A stretch of 57,064 nt of DNA from Minisyncoccota bacterium (lineage in GTDB: Bacteria; Patescibacteriota; Minisyncoccia; Phycocordibacterales; GWA1-40-21), in assembly GCA_036171775.1 (NCBI GenBank), contig JAVHRR010000003.1, positions 1-57,064 on the forward strand, given 5' to 3'. A program made the translations under genes and the position numbers. Below the pieces are notes generated by a model. The model was not told the DNA's origin. It saw only the letters and a program-made list of their open reading frames with translations, and did not search any database. Below are positions 51,769 to 57,064 of the stretch, in pieces. Each line of letters opens with the position of its first letter. Positions within the stretch are counted from its first letter, which is position 1.

Positions 51769-52722
51769 ATGGTGTTATCTGAATTAAAAAAACAATTTCT
51801 CGAGTATATAGAAATAGAAAAAGGGCGCGCTTTGCGTACAGTAGAAAACTACGACCATTATCTGACCGTATTTTTGGAACAAACGAAAGTTAAGGACCCA
51901 AAAGATATTACCAACGAGAAAGTTCGAGATTTTCGCATGTGGCTCAACAGACAAGCCGCAGGAAACAATCGTGCCACAGGTGACACAATGAAAAAGAAAA
52001 CACAAAACTATTATTTGATTGCACTTAGGACATTTTTAAAATTTCTAACTAAGCGTGGTATCACTTCCCTTCAAGCAGATCAGATAGAGCTTGCAAAAGT
52101 CGGTGAAAGATCCATTGATGTTATATCAAAAGAAGAGCTCGAAAGACTTTTAAAAGCCCCAGACTCTGAAGAAAACCCAGAAAAAAGGGCTCGTGGACAT
52201 GCTATTTTGGAATTGTTGTTTTCAACTGGCCTTCGTGTTTCTGAGCTTTGCTCTTTAACGAACGATTTGGACACAAGACAAGACGAATTTTCTATTCGTG
52301 GAAAAGGTGGAAAAGTGCGCGTAGTTTTTCTTTCGCCGGAGGCAAAGACTGCTGTAAAAGAATATTTAAAATTAAGAAAAGATATGTCTGATGCACTTTT
52401 TGTAAAAATCGGAGATGAGGCAGTAATACCAAAAGGTTTTGTCAAAAATGGAAAGAATAATTCAAAGGACGAAGGACTAACACGCAGATCAATAGAAAGA
52501 ATAGTAAAACATTATGCAATTATTGCTGGAATAACTAAAAAAGTTACTCCACACGTCATTAGACACTGTTTTGCGACCGACTTACTTTCAAACGGCGCAG
52601 ATATACGTAGTGTTCAAGCCATGCTTGGGCATGCAAACATAGCTACAACCCAGATATACACTCACGTTACAGACAAACATTTGCGAGATATTCATAAGAA
52701 TTTTCACAATAAGAAAAGTTAA
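51769..52722 (+). CDS. xerC: XerC/XerD-type tyrosine recombinase
   Basis: An N-terminal SAM-like domain and catalytic residues in ELLFSTGLRVSEL, HVIRHCFAT and LGHANIATTQIYTHV. Confidence 0.85.
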   Translation: MVLSELKKQFLEYIEIEKGRALRTVENYDHYLTVFLEQTKVKDPKDITNEKVRDFRMWLNRQAAGNNRATGDTMKKKTQNYYLIALRTFLKFLTKRGITSLQADQIELAKVGERSIDVISKEELERLLKAPDSEENPEKRARGHAILELLFSTGLRVSELCSLTNDLDTRQDEFSIRGKGGKVRVVFLSPEAKTAVKEYLKLRKDMSDALFVKIGDEAVIPKGFVKNGKNNSKDEGLTRRSIERIVKHYAIIAGITKKVTPHVIRHCFATDLLSNGADIRSVQAMLGHANIATTQIYTHVTDKHLRDIHKNFHNKKS

Positions 52723-52755
52723 AAATTCTGATAGGAAATTTTTAACACCACGCAC

Positions 52756-53046
52756 TTACTTAAATTTGGGTGTTTCTTGTATATTATCTTTAACCTTAGG
52801 CTCAGGTTTTTCTTTGAAGTGAGTAAAAAGAAAAAATAACCCCAGTAAAAATAAAATAGGACCAAATATTCCTCCATAAAAAAGATATGATAATAACGCT
52901 CTTATCGCTGAAAATAAACTCATTCCTTCTTTACCAGAACCATCTTCATGACCATATGTCATTGCAAGAGATAATATCGATAATAAGCTCAACGATATAG
53001 CGGTTAAGATTATAACCTTAAAAATTTTTGTAATTTTTTCATCCAT
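52756..53046 (-). CDS. small membrane protein, hypothetical
   Basis: 96 aa with two hydrophobic helices. Confidence 0.45.
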   Translation of the reverse strand: MDEKITKIFKVIILTAISLSLLSILSLAMTYGHEDGSGKEGMSLFSAIRALLSYLFYGGIFGPILFLLGLFFLFTHFKEKPEPKVKDNIQETPKFK

Positions 53047-53059
53047 ATTTTTTTATTCT

Positions 53060-53419
53060 TTATTTTTCCGCGTGCACTTTTGCAGTGTGTTTTGGTCTTT
53101 TTTCTACAAAATAGTATATAAGCGCGCCAACTACATGTGTAAAGATTATAACAAGCACCCAAACAATCTTCATTTTTTCAGGGGAATGTTTTATTGCATC
53201 AATAAGCATCATCAACCAAAAAATAAATACAGCAATTCCAACCACTATTCTGACTAAAGGAACAACGAACAGTGAGGGCAAAAACCACATTGAAGAATCA
53301 CATCCAAAAGCATTACTAGATCCCCCATTTCCAAAATTCATCATCCTATAACCATAGCTTTGGGCAAAAGTTACCGCTGGCAATAAAAACACTGACAAAA
53401 TTCCAAATATTTTTCTCAT
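53060..53419 (-). CDS. small membrane protein with a PLDc_N-like C-terminal motif
   Basis: 119 aa. MLIDAIKHSPEKMKIVWVLVIIFTHVVGALIYYFV resembles the short phospholipase-D-nuclease N-terminal membrane domain. Confidence 0.45.
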   Translation of the reverse strand: MRKIFGILSVFLLPAVTFAQSYGYRMMNFGNGGSSNAFGCDSSMWFLPSLFVVPLVRIVVGIAVFIFWLMMLIDAIKHSPEKMKIVWVLVIIFTHVVGALIYYFVEKRPKHTAKVHAEK

Positions 53420-53493
53420 ATTTTTGATTTGCGTCGCTCAACGTTCGTTGGATACGACGAAACTTATATTAAAACTAATAAATTACTTCGACA

Positions 53494-53829
53494 CTACTTA
53501 ATAAAATTAAACAACCCTCCTATTATAGGCAAAGGTTTCATTTCTTTTTTTAACACATTCATCACACCCATAACGAGACAAGTAAGCATTAAAACGCTGA
53601 ATATTTTTCCCGGGATTAGACCCATCCAGCCAGGTAATATTCCAAAACCAAACTGTCCTGCAAGAGAAATTATCAAAAGAATAATTGCTTGATTGATGTG
53701 GTAATTTAAAAAACTAGATCTTTTTTTTACAAGAATCATTGGTAATGGGAAAAAGAAATAGGCCACAGTTGCCCAAAGCTTGTCGTTGTCTATTTCTAAG
53801 TTTTTTGTATCTTTTTGCTCGTGTGGCAT
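53494..53829 (-). CDS. small membrane protein (DUF4870-like pattern)
   Basis: 111 aa with the pattern WATVAYFFFPLPMILVKKRSSFLNYHINQAIILLIISLAG. Confidence 0.45.
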   Translation of the reverse strand: MPHEQKDTKNLEIDNDKLWATVAYFFFPLPMILVKKRSSFLNYHINQAIILLIISLAGQFGFGILPGWMGLIPGKIFSVLMLTCLVMGVMNVLKKEMKPLPIIGGLFNFIK

Positions 53830-53897
53830 GGTTGTAGAATTATACCATAATCTTTTTTACAGTTAAAAGTCTTTTCTAGTATTTATAATATAGTATA

Positions 53898-54671
53898 ATG
53901 TTACACATGAAACTTTTGTCCTGGAATGTAAATGGTTTAAGAGCCGTCTTTAATAAAGGGGCTTTTAGCGCCATATTTGAAGCAGATCCAGATATTATCT
54001 GTCTACAAGAAACAAAAGCACATCCTGAGCAACTTCCAGAAGAGGCCAGATCTCCAGCCGGCTATCACTCATATTTTGACCACTCAAAACTCAAAAAAGG
54101 CTATAGCGGAGTGGCTATTTTCTCTAAAATAGAACCAGAAAAGGTAGAATATGGCATTGGAATACCCAAATTTGATGATGAAGGTCGCACTTTAGTGGCT
54201 TATTATAAGGATTTCGTACTTTTAAATGTATATTTCCCAAATGGAGGAGGTGGACCTGAAAGGCTTGCATATAAAATGCATTATTATGATGAATTCTTGA
54301 AATTTATAGATAGATTAACAAAAAAGGGCTTAAATGTTGTATTTTGTGGTGATGTAAATACTGCACATAATGAAATTGATCTATCTAGACCAAAAGAAAA
54401 TGAAAAACACACAGGTTTCCTTCCAATAGAGAGATCTTGGCTCGATAAAGTTATCTCACATGGATACATAGATACTTTTAGAAAGTTACATTCTGAAAAA
54501 ATACAATATAGCTGGTGGGATATGAAAACTTTTGCTAGAGATAGAAATGTTGGGTGGAGAATCGATTATTTTTTTGTTTCTGAAAGTTTAAAAAACAAAA
54601 TAAAAAAAGCGGAAATACTAGAAAATATATTTGGTTCCGACCATTGCCCCGTATATCTTGAGTTAAAATAA
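53898..54671 (+). CDS. xth: exodeoxyribonuclease III
   Basis: SWNVNGLRA, CLQETK, GDVNTAH and SDHCPV motifs. The alternative ATG at 53907 is equally possible. Confidence 0.9.
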   Translation: MLHMKLLSWNVNGLRAVFNKGAFSAIFEADPDIICLQETKAHPEQLPEEARSPAGYHSYFDHSKLKKGYSGVAIFSKIEPEKVEYGIGIPKFDDEGRTLVAYYKDFVLLNVYFPNGGGGPERLAYKMHYYDEFLKFIDRLTKKGLNVVFCGDVNTAHNEIDLSRPKENEKHTGFLPIERSWLDKVISHGYIDTFRKLHSEKIQYSWWDMKTFARDRNVGWRIDYFFVSESLKNKIKKAEILENIFGSDHCPVYLELK

Positions 54672-55141
54672 GCAAATCTTATCAAGTCAAGTTACAAATC
54701 CACCCATATTTAAAGCCATTTTTTTGGCATTCTTTTAAGGACAAATGCACTGTCAAGTTATCAACAGTTGTGTCCTTTACATATTTTCTATAGGACATAT
54801 AATACTAATCAGATTAGGTTTGGATATAAGACAAAGAAAATATGCAACTACTTTTTTTGTCCTCCTTTTATCTAAACACAGTATTGTTCTTTCAAAGAGG
54901 GTCTAGCTAACCTTCGACAAATCGATAAGGAATGTTTGGTAGACGTTTATTACCTTTCCTTTCCTAAAATAATTCTCAATTTTCATTTAAATAAAGTAAT
55001 TATTTGGAATAATGAATTTCTACGAAATATACCCTATATTCGTAACCGCTCTAAAGAAAACCGTGCTCAAAGGTTCTCCATGAGCGGTTTTTTTATGTTT
55101 TGAAATTCGTTAAGCCCTGCTCGTATCCATATTTGGAGTGT

Positions 55142-55227
55142 TGTCTTTGCGAGTACAACGAAGCAATCCAGGTTATATCTTTTGTAATTTTATGCAATTC
55201 TGGATTGCTTCGTACCTCGCAAAGACA
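55142..55227. repeat. family G inverted pair forming a long hairpin
   Basis: tgtctttgcgagtacaacgaagcaatccag / ctggattgcttcgtacctcgcaaagaca, separated by about 28 nt. Confidence 0.6.
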
Positions 55228-55317
55228 TACAAAAACATATTACCGCCTAATAAATAGGGCATTTTATGCCCTTTCACTAAAACAGCTAGTTTTCATATGA
55301 AACACATTTTGTTCAAT

Positions 55318-55360
55318 AAACAGGCCATTTGATTGAATTTTACACTAAAATGGCCTGTTT
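55318..55360 (-). terminator. terminator after yraN
   Basis: Hairpin aaacaggccatt / aatggcctgttt, with a large loop. Confidence 0.5.
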
Positions 55361-55393
55361 TGTGTTAATTCTCCAGTCAAGGACTCACCCTGA

Positions 55394-55819
55394 CTAGAGA
55401 ATAACATTTTCAATCATTAAAACCTTTGAAACTAGTCGTTTTTTATCTATGTACACTGTAATTACATCAAATATCCAAACTGTTTCGGGTGCCTGCCCGG
55501 CCAGGGAAACGTTCTTTTCGGCTAAATATACTTGTATTGTTCTAGCGAGTCTTTGAAGTTTCCATGGATGGAGATTGTCTTCTGGCCTATACTCACCATC
55601 ACCCACGGTTTCATGGGAAACGTTTGGTATTGTCTCACATGAAACAGACTTTACCTCAATAAACCTTAGTTTCCCATCCTTTTTAGCAATAATATCGATT
55701 TCTCCACATTTTTTTAAGTAATTCCTCTCAATAACCTCAAAACCGTGTTTCATGAGAAACCTACATGCCAGATCCTCGCCCAAGTTCCCTGTTTTTCGTT
55801 TTTCTGTTAGGTTTGCCAT
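55394..55819 (-). CDS. yraN: YraN (UPF0102) family endonuclease-like protein
   Basis: GNLGEDLACRFLMKHGFEVIERNY...GEIDIIAKKDGKLRFIEVKS, with an insertion of about 25 aa before the C-terminal strand. Confidence 0.75.
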   Translation of the reverse strand: MANLTEKRKTGNLGEDLACRFLMKHGFEVIERNYLKKCGEIDIIAKKDGKLRFIEVKSVSCETIPNVSHETVGDGEYRPEDNLHPWKLQRLARTIQVYLAEKNVSLAGQAPETVWIFDVITVYIDKKRLVSKVLMIENVIL

Positions 55820-55872
55820 TATTTTACTTATTATAGCAGATGTTTTAATAAACAGTTAAGTTTTTGCTTGCG

Positions 55873-55990
55873 TGTCTTTGCGAGGTGAGGAAGTGAAAGT
55901 CTTCACTTCCGCAAGACCTTGAACATTTTGTATTCAAAAGGTGAAAGGTGTACAGTTCCTGTAAGGAAAGAAGCGACAGGGCAATCCAGG
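55873..55990 (+). repeat. family G unit interrupted by an insert of about 85 nt
   Basis: tgtctttgcgagg, an insert containing the hairpin ggaagtgaa/ttcacttcc, then gaagcgacagggcaatccagg. Confidence 0.5.
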
Positions 55991-56443
55991 TTGAGTGAGT
56001 GTATTAATTTGCATGGATTTCTCGCCTACTATGACCCCTGAATGTTTCAGATGGAACTACTTAATCGAGATATTAAATGCAAAAGTGGTAGTTTTCACGC
56101 GAAACACCGAAAAAGTGTTACTTAGAAACACTTTATATTAGACATTTTGGGTTTTAAGGACGAATACGCCAGAATCTCTATATTTATAGCCATATGTCGT
56201 TTATGAGACGTAAATGGGCGATATCCTATAAGACCGCGAAATAGTGTCTTTAATTCACATATCCCCATAGTTATCCACAGTTTAGTCTAAAATAAGCTAT
56301 ATTTTAAAAGGTAAAATCACAAATATTGTTACTTTTTTGCCAAATTGTGTTGTTGTGTGTCCCATAAAATTTAATAGTGTCTTTTTAAATATAAATGATA
56401 GAATGTGTATATAATTTTATAAGAATAAATATTTTTGCAAAAA

Positions 56444-56641
56444 ATGAATTCATCTATTAAAAAAATTGCGATTGGACTTTTAATTCTTTCTATTGTTTTG
56501 GTTACGGCAGTGGTTTTACTTTCTTTGTGGAACATTATCGATGCTTATGTGTTATGGAGATCTATATTTACAATCATTGTAGTTGCCCTAGCTTCTTTGC
56601 TCGTGATTTATGTGAAAAAAGAAACTAGTGAAAAAAAATAG
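56444..56641 (+). CDS. small membrane protein, hypothetical
   Basis: Two hydrophobic helices (MNSSIKKIAIGLLILSIVLVTAVVLLSLW...). The track start at 56435 is a TTG. Confidence 0.4.
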   Translation: MNSSIKKIAIGLLILSIVLVTAVVLLSLWNIIDAYVLWRSIFTIIVVALASLLVIYVKKETSEKK

Positions 56642-56686
56642 GGGAGTCATTAATACTATCCAGCATTAAATTCTAGTACGACGACG

Positions 56687-56815
56687 GTATTTATTTCGGG
56701 TCACATATAATTTTCTACTGAAAATTTACGCCGACCCCGACTCCTCCACCTTCGTTCTGTCCGTCTTTGAAGTCGGGCACTTAATCCCGATTTCAACTTA
56801 TCCCGAAATAAATAC
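56687..56815 (-). repeat. family F element enclosed by a perfect 14-bp stem
   Basis: gtatttatttcggg (56687-56700) pairs with cccgaaataaatac (56802-56815). The interior reverse complement aligns with 49010-49145 at gtcgaMtttccct, ttcaaagacgga and gagtcgggNtcg..ataaattttcagtagaaaattatatgtga. Confidence 0.55.
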
Positions 56816-57008
56816 ACACACGAGGGAAATTCGACTTTTTAGTATGGGTCCCAACCCACATTAAAAAATACGACGACCGGGATCGTGAGTACACTTATCT
56901 TCCATTACATGGACGGTATACCTTCGTATTTCTTCAGATGATTACATCCTCATAAATATACTCAAGGTTTTTCGATTCCCGGACGAAAGCAAGTAAGTTT
57001 GCTTTCTC

Positions 57009-57064
57009 GCCCGCACAAATGAAAAAACACCCATAATTATAGGTGTTTTTTCATTTGTGTGGGC
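57009..57064. repeat. 23-bp stem hairpin at the window edge
   Basis: gcccgcacaaatgaaaaaacacc / ggtgttttttcatttgtgtgggc with a 10-nt loop and one G-T pair. Confidence 0.6.

Noticed and set aside
51769-52722. The tyrosine recombinase as the integrase of a prophage or genomic island.
   Set aside because: Its sequence pattern and size fit housekeeping XerC/XerD. There is no adjacent tRNA, no att-like direct repeats and no phage genes.
55100-55300. The 66-aa ORF in the gap left of yraN.
   Set aside because: It is read straight through the arms of the family G palindrome, has a Cys/Leu-rich implausible product, and has no SD.
56960-56985. A tRNA-like T-arm (ggtttttcgattcccgg).
   Set aside because: No acceptor, D or anticodon arms can be drawn around it on either strand.
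5527-57064. Possible CRISPR array, given the many 20-45-nt repeated units in intergenic DNA.
   Set aside because: The repeats occur as inverted pairs or palindromes scattered between genes. They are not evenly spaced direct repeats with unique spacers, and no cas genes are present.

Overview
The window is low-GC with tightly packed genes. It uses the standard genetic code: tsaE ends in TGA and polA ends in TAG. It looks like the replication-origin neighbourhood of a reduced-genome, Patescibacteria/CPR-like bacterium; the taxon is an inference from gene content and style. Recognisable core genes are tig, polA, tsaE, a PilB/GspE ATPase, ruvB, yebC, ruvC, tyrS, a class A PBP, dnaN, dnaA, rpmH (found by hand, absent from the ORF track), rnpA, yidC, jag, rsmA, a UvrD/PcrA helicase, a LysM-M23 peptidase, comM/yifB, a DksA/TraR zinc-finger protein, pnp, an NYN-domain protein, rpsO, xerC/D, xth and yraN. 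Four things stand out. (1) An 11-gene, same-strand type IV secretion-like locus spans 23249-37261. It has VirB4-like, PrgI/VirB3-like, VirB6/TrbL-like and VirB2-like proteins plus several unrecognisable secreted or repeat proteins, but no coupling protein or relaxase in the window. (2) A 325-bp unit at 33203-33527 consists of a small GIY-YIG nuclease ORF, now broken by an in-frame TAG, bounded by about 25-nt inverted repeats with a GTAG core. It sits on the start of the VirB6-like gene. ORF-less units with the same termini occur at 6037-6253, 8395-8675 and 51677-51719. (3) A gene island of about 650 bp with sharply higher GC lies at about 6306-6950. It has its own promoter, SD and tandem terminators. 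(4) At least six further families of intergenic inverted-repeat or MITE-like elements fill almost every intergenic gap. They often abut or overlap start and stop codons, and one carries a four-helix-bundle (Avd/23S-IVS family) gene into the secretion locus. I found no rRNA, tRNA or CRISPR array.
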